Assembly (NCBI GenBank): GCA_002633005.1 | Contig: NMRA01000007.1 | Span: 1,316,362 to 1,380,361, forward strand | Direction of reading: 5' to 3' | DNA from: Phoronis australis | Taxonomy: Eukaryota; Animalia; Phoronida | DNA length: 64,000 nucleotides | Shown here: positions 15,601 to 28,100 of the stretch, piece after piece | Numbering within the stretch: the stretch's first letter is position 1 | Layout of the letters: each line of letters starts with the position of its first letter | Notes under the pieces: generated by a model | Seen by the model: the letters and a program-made list of their open reading frames with translations, nothing else | Database searches by the model: none | What the model was told of the DNA's origin: nothing | Made by a program: the position numbers and the translations under genes

Positions 15601-18600
15601 GCTGTTCAAAGTCTTCCAATAATAGAACTGTTGGTATAGTGAGTACTTTTGGCACCCGACCACATAATAGTCAACCATGATTAGCAAACGACGTACTCGC
15701 TGGAAGTAAAACTTGCTAATTTTGCCAGGTGTTGCTAGTGAATAGTGACGTCACAGCTTATGCGTAAGATCACAGATTTCATCCATTGAAAATATACGGA
15801 GTTAGCGGTCCATGTAATATAGTCTGTTGTTACATATTACATGCATGTTTAATACCTTTTGCACCATATTTATCACCAGCAGTAGGTTGTGTAGTACGGA
15901 TGATCGGCTGACTAGGGGCAAGCTACTCTAGGGCAAGCTGTATAAAGGCAACTAACTAGTAATAGTGTACTCATGACTTAATATAAGGACACCAGTATAC
16001 TTACATGTGGAGACAAGCTCCATTGGTAGTGAGGAGTCGTTACCCTGAAAAAGGAAAAGTGGTATTTATTTTCTGATGGTTTGGAAAGATGACGCTCAAA
16101 ACGTAAAATTCAACTAAAACAGCCACTATATTTCTGTTGATAAACACGTGAAGTCATTTTATCCTTTATAATTATGATAACCTGTAGCAAAATTGTAATT
16201 ACTGGTACAATACTGGTACAACTTAATGCAATTAAAAAAATAAATAATGAATGCTACTTTTTTGTCACTTCATTCTAACTATATTGCTCACAGAGTATAT
16301 ATTTATAACAAAACACTAACTGTATATATTTGAAATCGATACTATTATTTAAAAGTACTTCGTGTCAACAGTCATGCTTAAAAAGACGCCCGCCCAAATT
16401 CTCAAAAAATTCTTTTAAAATGCATTTGCAAACTTAAAACTCGAAGTCGACAGGTAAGTGACCATGAACCTCGCTATTGAAGGAAGCAATTGAACTCCCT
16501 TTGGGCCATGTGTTGATGAAGTTGGGAATGGTAATTTGTCTTGTTAAAGAACTAAAACAGAGGGAACCACACTAAAATATAAACACAATAATGGTGTTCA
16601 ACCATGGCGCTGCACGGGGTTTAAGCAGGATGAAAGCTACATTCATTGATGACAAGTGTGACACTCAATAATTTGGTACATTTTGTTGGCAATGAAGTAC
16701 GCTGGTTGAGCAGACTTATCTTGGAGCAATAGCGGGGGTTGTGTGCTTTTCAGAAAGATGCATAGTCATTCAAATCAATTAGTGCCCATGGATGGAACTA
16801 TTTCTTGTAGGTGTCAGCCATGCACCAGCATAACTAGGCGGAAGCACATTCTAAAATGGCATGCATGCCGGAAGATTTTCTGCAAATCACACTCATCCTG
16901 GCGTCGCTATAAATAAGTACCTCTCGAGCGCAGAGGGAAATTTTTGGTGGCCATCAGTGTTAATAAATCCTTTCAACTCATACAAATACTCCAACAATCA
17001 ATTTTTTTGACACATCTCTTCAGCTGTCAACAGAATTGAAGACTGGCTTCCATTACTTTCAAACAGAAGCGTGCATAGTGATGTAGGGAGGTAACCCACT
17101 TGCCAGCCACAGCGAGAGAAGGCAGTACAGATGGAGGACATGTCTACTGCATAACATGACAAGCAAGTTGATTATCATCTAACAGCTTCAGCTTTCATGA
17201 GAGAGAAATGATTACCCCCAATGAACACTGCATCCACCCCCAAGCTGGTGCTGTAACAAATGTACTGATGTGGTCTAGAAGTCCAAAATACAGTTTTACA
17301 TAGTTGCCAACGTTTGAAAATGAAAAAATGGGATACCTGGATGCTAGCCACACTAAAATGGGTTAATGTTAACCACAACACCTAGAAACCATCTCAATGT
17401 TTTTTTCTTGGCGAAATAACTTTGTTAGTTGCACAATACCTGTAAAATGGAACAGGGAACGAGGGACACTTTGCTTGGAAAAGCACAAAAATATACGGAA
17501 ATACATGAATTTCGTCACATTTGCCATTCTTATGTTGTGGTATGTAAAAAGCTTCATAAAGCAGGACAGTCCCACCAATAACGGGACAATTGGGAAGAAT
17601 TTTTGGATAAACGTCGAGTAGACGGGTCCCTCTTGAAATCGGCTGTTGGGAACCTGCCTTCACTATTTAACGGTCATTGCTGGTTCCTGAATCCTGGCAG
17701 CCATTTTGAAGAGGGTCCTGTTTATCTTACTTTTACCATTTTTAGTCCAATTGGCAGTTCCTGAATCAGCATACTGGCTTACAAGTTACACTAAAGACTA
17801 AGTTACAGAGCTACACATAGTGTACCTAATTATCGAACGGAATCTAAATATCGGACATTTCATAGAATCTTACTTGAAGCATAATCTGAGAATTAAATGA
17901 CACCAATTTTTGTTCCGTTGTAATGCATTCAATGTCCGGCACCGTCTCGTTTTTTTACAGCGTTGCCTCGTTTTGATTTCACCGAGAGAGGGTGCAATTT
18001 AGACCCCCAAGTCGGCCTAAAATGGACGATCGCATAAATCGGTTATAAAAGTTGAAAATAAAATCTTTTTCCACAATGACACCATCTCATTGAACTGACA
18101 ATATGTCACTGTTCCATTTTTTCGTTTGTTTTTAAACTCAAGTCAAACCCCGACCGCGCACGTGCGGGTGTCATATCAAGAAGCCTAAGTGATACTAAAA
18201 ACTGCAGTGAGTTTGCACGTGCTTTAGTCGTCTGCACTAATTCATCGAAACGACTTGGCGCCGTCATCAGATTTCATTTTATGGATAATTTTGTTGCGAA
18301 TGGACCTGGGTTCTAGCAGCATATATGTCAAAACACTCGAGCTGAAATTTGGCGACAAGGTGCCCGCGGCCATTACATGGTTAGTCAGTTTTCCGCGGTG
18401 TGGCGTATGGAGAAACATGGTGTCCGATATTTAGGTTCTCCGAAGGTTTGGTTGTTGTGTTTTTTGAAGATCAGTCGGAACATAAATGTGGCTTTCAGTG
18501 ACAAGATATAGTAACAGAACAATTCCGTGAAGGTAAATCTTTATTTCAGCAAAGAATTTACAACAATCCGTAATATTTTCAATTAAATATAATGCAAAAT

Positions 18601-18995
18601 GTGCCAAAACGTCCGATAATTAGGTCACTTGACTGTAGCCTATTGCATTATGTCTATGAGTATGAGTGTTAACGGGTGCAAAGTGCCTAGTGGCACTGGG
18701 CAGTGACTTCAACACAGCAGACCCCAATGCCATTACCATGCCAATGGCAATGCTAACTGAAGTCAATGATTGTTCAAGAGTCAAGTCAGTAGCAATGCCA
18801 AAGGCAAATGGCAATGACTGTCAGGGCCGACTCACTTCACTTGTGGAGTTCTGCGTCCATTCAATGTCATGTTTTAGTTGCTTGGTACAGTGGCTAATTT
18901 TTGAAAATTGGGGCTTGCATCTATAGACTATTTCTTGACCAAACAGAATGCAACTAAAGACACATCTTCAGACTAATTTCACAATAACTTACCAT
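624..18995 (-). CDS. PPP3R1: Calcineurin subunit B (protein phosphatase 2B regulatory subunit), 6 coding exons, 170 aa
   Basis: Exons 18993-18995 (ATG only, followed by gtaagt), 16005-16044 ([13 protein letters not shown]), 5871-6047 ([24 protein letters not shown]...[11 protein letters not shown]), 3543-3602, 2480-2664 ([12 protein letters not shown]...[13 protein letters not shown]), 624-671 ([15 protein letters not shown]). All GT-AG with consistent phases; total 513 nt. Four EF hands and an MG myristoylation start. Confidence 0.96.
867..2436. repeat. About 700-bp direct duplication (867-1593 and 1736-2436) separated by an N and a 140-bp element end
   Basis: Near-identical copies (the 60-aa ORFs at 1092 and 1935 differ by one residue); N at 1594. 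Confidence 0.9.
3933..4010 (+). mobile_element. tRNA-derived SINE head
   Basis: A-box-like tagtctagcgtg and B box gggttcgagtccc without a full cloverleaf. Confidence 0.5.
4674..4847. mobile_element. MITE family A copy (about 170 bp)
   Basis: Homologous to 20948-21113 and, reversed, to 23915-24093; degenerate ATTGACCTAT terminal inverted repeats. Confidence 0.75.
8150..8508. mobile_element. MITE family B (TTAA-flanked, Kolobok/piggyBac-like)
   Basis: ttaa|aaggatacc...atcctt|ttaa; reverse-complement homolog at 37626-37986. Confidence 0.75.
10177..10304. repeat. Minisatellite, 32-bp unit x4
   Basis: ttaccatggtacctacagtaactatagtcaaa repeated at 10177, 10209, 10241 and 10273. Confidence 0.95.
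11695..11764. repeat. Compound microsatellite (ACTCCT)n/(ACT)n/(AAT)n
   Basis: Directly visible. Confidence 0.9.
13040..13320. repeat. Dispersed repeat family D (other copies near 43350-43600 and 50770-51040)
   Basis: Shared motifs acatccaagaagagcaaaaatg, ttggcaaatcat, gctgaaa.tg.tg and taaagacca; boundaries approximate. Confidence 0.65.
13453..13563. repeat. 54-bp tandem duplication
   Basis: aaagcatatgga...aataccatgt occurs twice. Confidence 0.9.
17838..18442. mobile_element. MITE-like element, about 600 bp
   Basis: Inverted ends cggaatctaaatatcggaca / tgtccgatatttaggttctccg. Confidence 0.6.
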
Positions 18996-19129
18996 TTTTG
19001 TGCTTGCTATTGGCTACGTTTCTATGCTGATCGTCTGTCATCCGGGATACTCTCGACCCGAATATGGATTTCTGCGCACTTCCGATTGTATTTGTGTAAT
19101 AACTGAGCAACTTCCTCTTTACCGGCGCA
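18996..19129. promoter_or_regulatory. Compact bidirectional promoter CnB/eEF1G with TCT/5'TOP-like pyrimidine tract
   Basis: 134 bp between divergent ATGs; cttcctcttt at 19111-19120 just upstream of the eEF1G ATG (typical of TOP translation-factor mRNAs); ETS-like cacttccg near 19077-19084. Confidence 0.75.
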
Positions 19130-22100
19130 ATGGCTGGCGTAAGTTTTTTGTGGCAAAGTGAGATGGTCCAATCGAAGTTTATCAAACACATCAAACCATG
19201 TTCACTCTATCAAGGTACACTGATATCTTAAATGGTAATCAAGTTCAATGAATTCTTACTTTCAGACTCTATACACCTACCCGAACAATTTTCGAGCGTA
19301 CAAAGCCTTGGTTGCGGCCCAGTACAGCGGAACTGACATCAAAGTTGTTTCGGAACCACCCCAGTTTGTCTTGGGCGAGACTAACAAGTCGGATTCTTTC
19401 CTCGAAAAGTTTCCACTCGGAAAGGTTGGTTACCGTTTTTGCAAAATATTAACAGAAATCAGTAAAATACCTACACAGTAACAGTGACCACGGAAATGTT
19501 AAAGCGGCTGCTAAACCGTTCTGTCCTTTCGGTGCCACTATAACATGGGTCTCAAATTGTTCCCTACTGAGATTAGAAGTGATTTCTGGATTTACAAAGA
19601 GCGCAAAGTTTGGTACTCCTTGAGTCTATATTCTGGCCTTTGGCTTGGACACAGTCTGCAGGCGTACAATAAAAACGTAAATAAGTACCGTGTTTACAGA
19701 CACTCTCCACAACTGGCACAAGGTTATTAACACAATTTTGCCCAAATATTGCAGTACCAGTTTGGCAGGTCCTAATTAAAACAGAAAAAGTCAATTAATG
19801 ACAGAAGTCTACAGTATATGTAAAATGTCAACGTTGTCTATACACATGCCTTGCTTTTAACGTCATCTTGCCACTGTGTTATACTGCCGTAGGTTTTGTC
19901 ATCATTTGTGAAAAGATGTCGACAATTAACCTAACGACCTAGTTTGTACTTTTACCACCGTCTGAAATTAACATAGACGCTGACGCCTGATGGAGAGTCC
20001 TGCACTTTGTCTTTTGGAAATGACCAATCATTTTCCGTCACTGTTTTCCACTAGTTGAAGTTTGACTTCATTGGAGGAAGAAGTGAAAGAATTTGAGACT
20101 GGTTATGGTTTAAAGGTGGCCATTGCCGTTATTCAGTGGAAACTGGTTACCGTTCAGTTACGCTAGGACCTCACTGAAAAGCAAGACTTTGTGAGACTAC
20201 ATGAGAAATTGCCATGTATTTTAAATGAGAACACGTGACTTTGGCTAGATTTTAGCTAGGTCCTAGCGTGGGTCCTAGCATTACTGAACGCACGCTTGGT
20301 ATCTGGCAGCCATTTTCAAGAAACCTATGTACTTGATTTGTACTGTTGAGACCATGCATGGTGCGTAAAATGACACGAAGTGACAAACCCACTTGTAGGG
20401 CCTGGAGCAAACTGTCAGCTCTTTTGAAACTCAGATATCATCTCCAAATTTTGACTGAGCAGCAATTTGAGAACAATTTTACAACTACAAGTGATCTAAA
20501 CTTAATGTTAAGCTGCTTTAAAAAATAAAGTAGTATTAATATGTCAAGAGTCTATTTCTGTAGACACAGGAATCTCGTGAGTGGAGCTAGTGTGATCTCC
20601 TGCTTTGCTAGTAGTGCTTAGACACGTCACCCGTCTGTAAATAGGTATTTACAGACACGCTTGGCAAGTTAGTTGACACTTGGAAAACTACGTATGCCTA
20701 AATTAACCATGTTTATACGTGTTGTAAAATGTGCTCATCCTGGAATAATTTGAGAAGCAGTTAATCAACTGAGAAACAGTCCTGTTATTTACTGGAACAG
20801 AGTGGTATTCATAATTTGGGTTCACCACATTCAACCAGATGACTCTGTACATCCAGTGCTGGAAAGTAGTTGTCCTTTGTTCACAAATGATATGTTTAAA
20901 CAGCTGTTGTAACACCCTCACTAATAACTAATGATGTTCTTCTGGTAATTGACCTATCGCCAGGATTTTGAATGATGGCTTAACTGACCTATCAGAATGC
21001 AGCATTCTTGACACGCCTCCGTTTCCAAGCCGCCATTTTACCCGACAAGCAACACGTTGTTGGGTAGAACTTACTGTTTGACGATTTTTTTCGCAAGCTT
21101 GCAATAGGTCAATTATTGCTGTTCCGCTTATTAGAGAGCTATTTAATATTCGCAAGTGACAGAAAATAATTTCTTGTAGGTGCCAGCATATGAAGCCAAG
21201 AATGGCGACTGTGTATTTGAAAGCAATGCCATTGCATACTATGGTGAGTATTGAACATTCTTGCTCGAGTTTGCAATGAAACCATTACATCAACTGCTTT
21301 GAAATCAATTTCAGTTGATGCTTTTCTTGGAAAATAATAATAAATTGATGATATGGATGAAAATTTAAGGGTTACCTGCTATGGATTGGCATTCTGACAA
21401 AGAGGACGAAACCGTTGAAACCAGGAAGTGTACACCTACATTTCCAGTTAACAGTTGGGGAAGAAGACGGATATGCGCAAATCTCACACCACAAAAAATT
21501 TCAGGATGTGCAGAAATTGGCACATTCAAGTGTGTTCTGTTGCAGGTTACATCATTCGTTTTAGGGTGCGCCAATGGCGCATGGAATCGCTTTCAATGAC
21601 TGGCTGACTTGGCTTACGCCATCTCTGCTTCAGATCGGATGCTGTGTCACTTTTCCTTAGAAACGGGGAAGAAGAATGTATTTGTGACTGGAAAAAATAT
21701 TAATAATTTTTGAAGCAGCACCATCAACTGTAACCTTACCAATGCAGAATATATATTAATAGCTCCAGTTCATTAAAAATCCCACCCTTCATTGCCTTGG
21801 ATACTTGTGGATTCAATCACTGTCCATGTTGTAACCTGGCGTCAGTGGCCCTATGACTGCACTGTAGCCTGTCGACTTAGGGATACCTGAATTAATTTCA
21901 CACAAGCAAGCCGAAAGATAAAAGTTCTGCATATCCAGACTAAAATGAGTAAAATTAGAAGTCCTATACCATTACTACTCCAAATAATTCTTGTAGATAA
22001 CAAAACTAGTGTTCAGTTGACCAGTTTCGAAAAGTGGTCCATCAAAGAGCGGGTCATTGGCCCAACATTTGCAGTACCCCAAATAAACACTGGGGTTAGG

Positions 22101-25100
22101 TGAAAAACACACAGTGCCTGGGTGTTGGTAAAAATGTGCCATTCAAATTGAAATAAAGCAAGTTTCCAGTGGAATATGTGACCACAGAAGTAATCTATAA
22201 CGTCTGGTTGGTGTCTTTGAGTAAACTTGTGATTATCTCAACTCTTCTTTGTCTCTGCAGTCGCCAATGCCCAGCTGAGAGGGACAACGCCTGTAGACCA
22301 AGCTCTTGTTCAGCAGTGGGTCAACTTTGCCGACAGCGAAATTCTTCCAGCTGCCTGCACCTGGGTCTTTCCCTGTTTGGGGATCATGCAATACAACAAA
22401 CAGGTGGGTGTTCCTTAAATTTCCTCGCCGTCCTTGTAATGTTGTCGAGCGTGAAGTGTCATATTAGCATACTGGAGTCATGATTATTGTTACTATTACT
22501 AAAATGGAAAGTCTGCTGGACAATACCTATGAGATTCTGATTTTTGTCTGGTGTAGTGGGTAGAGGTGACTTAAGAAATGCTTTATCAGTGCAATTTCAG
22601 TTGTCAGCAATGGACTCCCATTGCTGCTAGGTGCCTGCTTTTATTTTTCGGGTTTACAAGTGAGAATAACCATTGAACAAATTTGTTGAATTTTTGTGTA
22701 ACTTCCTAAATGCGTGACGTATTCTCATCTTTGCTGGTGTCGTCGGTGACACAATCAAGTTCACAGTTACCAGACAGGATATGCATAAGGTCAAGTGAGA
22801 TGTACGTCAGTTTAACCACGCCACAATATTTCTTATAAGTTTTCTTTGGGAATTCAATTCAGTGCTTCTTCGAGTTTAGCAGTGCTGTATTAAACCTCAT
22901 AGTGTTCAACTCTCATTGTTCTACAGTCTACAGATAGAGCAAAGCAAGATCTTGGTGCTGCTCTGGGTGCCCTCAACAGGCGGCTGGCTACAAAGACATT
23001 CTTGGTCGGAGAGCGTGTCACGCTAGCAGACATTGTTGTTGCTTGCAACTTATTACTACCATATCAGCACGTAGGTGTTGTTTTTTCTTGGTGTTGTTTT
23101 TGTTAACTGAGATCTGGTCGATGGTGTCAAAAGTCGTAAAAAACTTTTATGAGGCTTTTCAGTTTGAATTCTCTTTGTACAACCACTCACTACAAGGAAA
23201 AGATCAGAACTGGCAACGTTTGCCAATTACTCGGGACGCTTTTACTCCTGATTTTGATCACTATTTTAACATTTCGAATTCACTGCCTCTAGTTGAGAAC
23301 ACTATTGGTGAGTACAGGATATGATAGCGGGTCACTTTCGTGTCTGGAAATTGTTTTCTTTCCCGGCATAAGGTTTTGAGAAATATAAGGTTTCATGGAT
23401 AAAAGATTAGCATATAAAAAGGTATTTCTAGAAATTGATCCTTTACAAAGAAGGTGAGTACTTACCATCGAACTAGAATGTTTAAGCTGAACAACGGTGA
23501 TTGCTGCAGCATGAGAAAAGTGGCGTGAACGCCAGCACTAGCTTGCTGAGCCACTTTGAGCAAAGTGATCACAAAAAGTTTGCCAGTCTTTTTTCGAGGT
23601 AGTGAATTTATCAGGATACTTACAAATTTGAGCATGCGCAAGTCTATACATTGCGAGTTTACAATTTGCCCCGGCTTTGTCTTAACAGCTATAATGCACG
23701 GTAGTGTTCTTTTCCAGGTGTTGGAGCCACAGTTCCGTAAACAATACCAGAACACTAACAGATGGTTCACAACCATTGTCAACCAGCCTCAGTTCAAGGC
23801 TGTGATTGGAGACTTCAAGCTGTGTGAAAAGATGGCTCAGTTTGACAGTATGTTGTTGTTCAATGTTGGCTATTACTTTTACGTGTTCTCCTGTCTTAGT
23901 CAATGATGTTAGTAATTGACCTGTTGCAATTAAGCTTCACCTCCTTGCGAAATGTCGACAAATGAACTATAAGTTTTACCCGGCAACATGGTGTTTGTCG
24001 GGTAAAATGGCAGCTTCTAAACGAAGGTGTGTCAAGAATACTATGTTCTGATTAGTCAATTCATCCATCCATCACTCCTGGCGATAGGTCAATTGTTCAG
24101 CAGTACTTCTGGTGCTGGGTATTTTCCAGATTATTCTTTCCTCTGTATGTTTTGAATTTGCCGCATAATTCCTGTAAGTTTGTGAGGAGATAATGAGAAG
24201 AACTTGAACATCGCTGAGAACTGTGAATGTTGTTCCCTAATTAAATTGACATTCGATGATGTTATGGTCAAGGCTAAGTCTAAAATTAATCAAGTGATAG
24301 TAATTTGAGAAGTTGGGTTTGTTTATAGCGTTGTCCATGCATCAGGGCTTATGAACAGGAATCACGACTTGTGAGCAAAGATGTTGCCTCCATTGGCGAA
24401 TAGATAATGATAATGCTAGAAAAAGTTTGACATTACTACATCTTACTCTTAATCATAGACATTTTTGTATTTACTAACCACGCCACGTGGTGATGAGGTG
24501 TTGTAAATTGAATGCGAGTGTTGCTTGGCTTGACAGGAATAAAAAAAGTGTTCCATCGAGTGAAGTTTTGGCGCGTCGAGTAAAGCCAGGAATTTAAAAA
24601 AAGTCTCCATCTGAGTTGCCATGCATGAAGTGGTGAACTGACCCATGTATTTTTATGCTCGCCCCATTAGTCTGCAGCGGGGTGTTCCTTATGTTACCTC
24701 ACACAAACTGGGGACTAAATGTCATTCGTTTACAAAAAAATTTGTACATGCAGAATTGTTTGAAGGAATAAATAAGTAACTGAAAATGAACATCTTGAGC
24801 ATGCAAGTTCGATTTCCCTGTATAGCAGTGCTCTGTCACTTTGTGGGAGTTGTTAATTTATCCACTGATTTGTTTTGTTGTAATCGCGATGATGTACAAC
24901 CTGGCATTTTGAAACCCGATTTCTAAGGAACACACATTGGCTGTTCCTTTTAGCCAGCCGATTTGCTGTTTACTAAATGTGTCAATTTGTCACTGCAGTT
25001 TTCTTATCTGTCTAACTGTTTTTCAGGTAAAAAGTTTGCTGAACTCTCTGGCAAAGGAGGTGATAAAGGCAAAGGCAAAGAAAAGAAAGAAAAAAAGCCA

Positions 25101-28100
25101 CAGCAAAAGGAGGCACCAAAAGTGAGCTTATAGTGAGCACCCTGTGAAAGGGGCAAGTCTACATCTACGAGCATGTGTTGTGGAATAGTTTTGAACTGAT
25201 TCATTGGTTTTATCTCCTTCAAAGGCATGCCATGGGATCTCTCCCTGTGACATGTAAGAAGTGGAGTGACATCAACCGATCGTTTCCGACTGTAGCGAAG
25301 TATTTTGTTCGCTTCAGACCAACAAATGATCGACACGTCAAGTTCCGTGAACATATAGTGTACACTTATAATAATCGGATGAAGTGGTTCAGAATTTCCC
25401 ATCACGACGAGCAGAATTTACCCTCAAGACCGCATAGTACAGTTGAAATCCAGTGTTGGGGTACCTAGAATGAGACATCATTATCGTTCAAAGCTGGGGG
25501 AATTGTGATTTTAGTGCGAGTTTTTGGTGTTGCCTGTTTAGTAGTGTTGCAGCATATAGTAACTGCTCTTAGTAATTGAAATATTCCGTTTGCTCTTTGA
25601 TGGTTTACCGAACGTACGTGTGAAGGTTTGGAGCAGTACAATAACAGATCCCAGTAACAGTGGGTGTATAGTACCTGCCAGAATTTTCTGACAATTTTCC
25701 TCTTTTAAGAGGATTTCCTCTGTTTTGGTTTTGGTTTCTACTTAAATGTTTGATTTCCAGTTCCCTTTCTTCATCTCTTTTTATCATCATTCTGACTTCA
25801 TTCATGCAAAAGCTTTTATTTCAGTTAAATGTTACAACACTTAAAAATTTCTATCACACAAGCCTATATGTGAAATGGTACATCACCTGAAACTTTTTCC
25901 TCGTTTTTCTCATTGGTCATACCAGTCCCTGCAAGATGTCAGCATATAATATTTTTGTACATGTCTGTGTATTTTATTGTTAGTCATAACGCTGGTCATT
26001 GCTGTGCAATGTTAACCACCCAACATGTGGTTGTGTGACTTCTTGACCAGTAAAGACACTTTTCGCTTTTGTTGTGTTTTGACGTTGCATTTATATCCAT
26101 CGTGCATTATCTTCATTTTAGAAAGAAAGTGAGCCTGAGGTGGCTGAAGAGCCGCCCAAGCCAAAGAAAAAAGAGGATTACTTTGGGCCCCTGCCTAAAG
26201 GGTAAGTGGGTACCAACAAGATGTCTAGTTGGCGTGATCAAATTAGTCGGGTGAAAATCCAGTGAAACATTTGAACGTACCATGGCTGTTACCGCATCTG
26301 CATATTGCAACTGGATGCTGGAATTATTTGTTGTGCTTCTGTTCACCGAATGGTTTGTCCGTGGGCATTTTTGATTTTAATGAATATGTTGTTTTTTTGG
26401 CTGCATCTTGCAATTCTGTGCATTCACAAAAGACGTGCAGCCACATACAGTCAACATGTCATCTGGCATTTTTTGAAAAGTGCTTGATGGATCTTGAAAT
26501 GTGGCACAGAGTTACATGGTGGGGATGTACCGCCAAATCTTTATACAGAGGTATGTGGTGGAAATATGCTGGCACCAACTCTGATGGATTTGCCTACCAT
26601 GGCACCCCTGTAAACTATTTTAATTTTCAACAAAATCATTAATTATTGTTATAACGGCTGGCCTGATTTCAATGAAACTTGATGCATGGGTTTGTGGCTG
26701 GAAAGCACCGGTACTAGTAGATTTTCGGACGAATTCAACTACCATGGCATCTTGTTGTTTGACAAGATATGGACTCGGAAGATTTTCAGATGGATCTTGA
26801 TAGGGAGGTGTATGGTCAGGATGTGTCATCACTTTCAGATTCCAGTTTTGACCAAAACAGTCTTATTTACTGATGTGTATACATACATAGAACATACTAA
26901 TGAACACTCTCTAGAAGCATTCCGTATGAGGAGCAGTCAAGGGTGCATTTTAATGCTTAATGTTGCCCTTTTGTCAATTAGAAATTGGAATCCTGTCTTG
27001 TTATTTTTAGCAAATTTTCCATTTTTCAAAATATTTTCGGATAACCAGCGAATCACATTTTTGTAGTAAAAGCATTTATTCTCAGGACTGAGTTTTTATG
27101 TGAGATTTGGATGCCAGTGCTTGGTAAAGCGAGCACTCTGTGGTTGATCATTTGTTGTATATTTCAGTGCAATGGTAATGGATGAGTGGAAGAAGATGTT
27201 TTCTAACAACAGTGCGGAGGTATACCTGTCGTGGTTCTGGGATCACTTTGACAGTACCAACTACTCCATCTGGTTTTGCAAGTACAAACATAACGATGAA
27301 CTGAAAATGGATTTCTTGGCTTTGAACCAAGTTGGAGGTAACTGGTGCGATTATCACTGGGCAGTGCTTGCGTAGGGTGACGTCCTCTTACATAAATGAA
27401 TGAGTTTAGAGCGAGATAGGAGCCCATGAACATGGGGGGTGTTTGTGGACATCTGAGACTCAGCTATACATTTATATGGTTGGAGACTTGGGGATGAGAT
27501 GGGATAGTTTATTTGAACTGATGTTTTCAGATGTTTGTTTTTCTTCTGACAAAATGAATTGCATACGATCTGAACGTTATTTAGGACGACCAACCAGATT
27601 GATATGATCTGCTTTATGGACAGTTTTTAAAAAGATCTTGTTAGCAATTGTTCTCAAAGTGTCTCACTTTTGCACGAGGTTTGATCAAAACATGGGACTT
27701 CGTGATTTTTTTCAAAAAATCTAGTCTAATGAAAATGAAATGAAATTTTGGAATACTCTAACAACGTTGGAATGAAGAACTGAGGATGATTAAGGAATGA
27801 CACTATTCATGTAATTTAAAAGTGGGATTTAGACCTGTTTTATAAGAATTCTGTCTTTTCAAATTTAGTGATGAGCACTGTTTTTCATCCTGCTCTTGGA
27901 AATAAATGACTGCTTGTTGCTAATTGCCCCCTGCAGTCTTGGTACTGTGAGGCTGCATGAAGTGGTTGTAGATAAACCCCTTTTGTGGGGGATTGCTGAG
28001 ATGCCTAATCCAGCAACACGTGTGATATGGTGATAGATGAAAATGTTTCCTGTTTGATTTTCTTGTATTTTTGCAATGGGACTGAGTGCACCTTGCTCCT

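Noticed and set aside
22478-22543. Possible box C/D snoRNA (ATGATTA...CTGA)
   Set aside because: Imperfect C box, weak terminal stem and no recognisable rRNA antisense element.
22921-22933. Tandem acceptor ctacag-t-ctacag at eEF1G exon 5
   Set aside because: The second AG is 7 nt downstream (frameshift) and coincides with Ser-Thr-Asp codons; probably coincidental.
24490-24614. GTGATGA...CTGA box C/D candidate
   Set aside because: Long spacing, no clear terminal stem or guide; such motifs occur by chance.
26399-26511. Two hairpins each followed by ACA in eEF1G intron 8
   Set aside because: No ANANNA H box between them and no target recognised.
27921-28021. Hairpin plus AGATAA with UGAG motifs (scaRNA-like)
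   Set aside because: The second hairpin and ACA geometry are not canonical and the total length is short.
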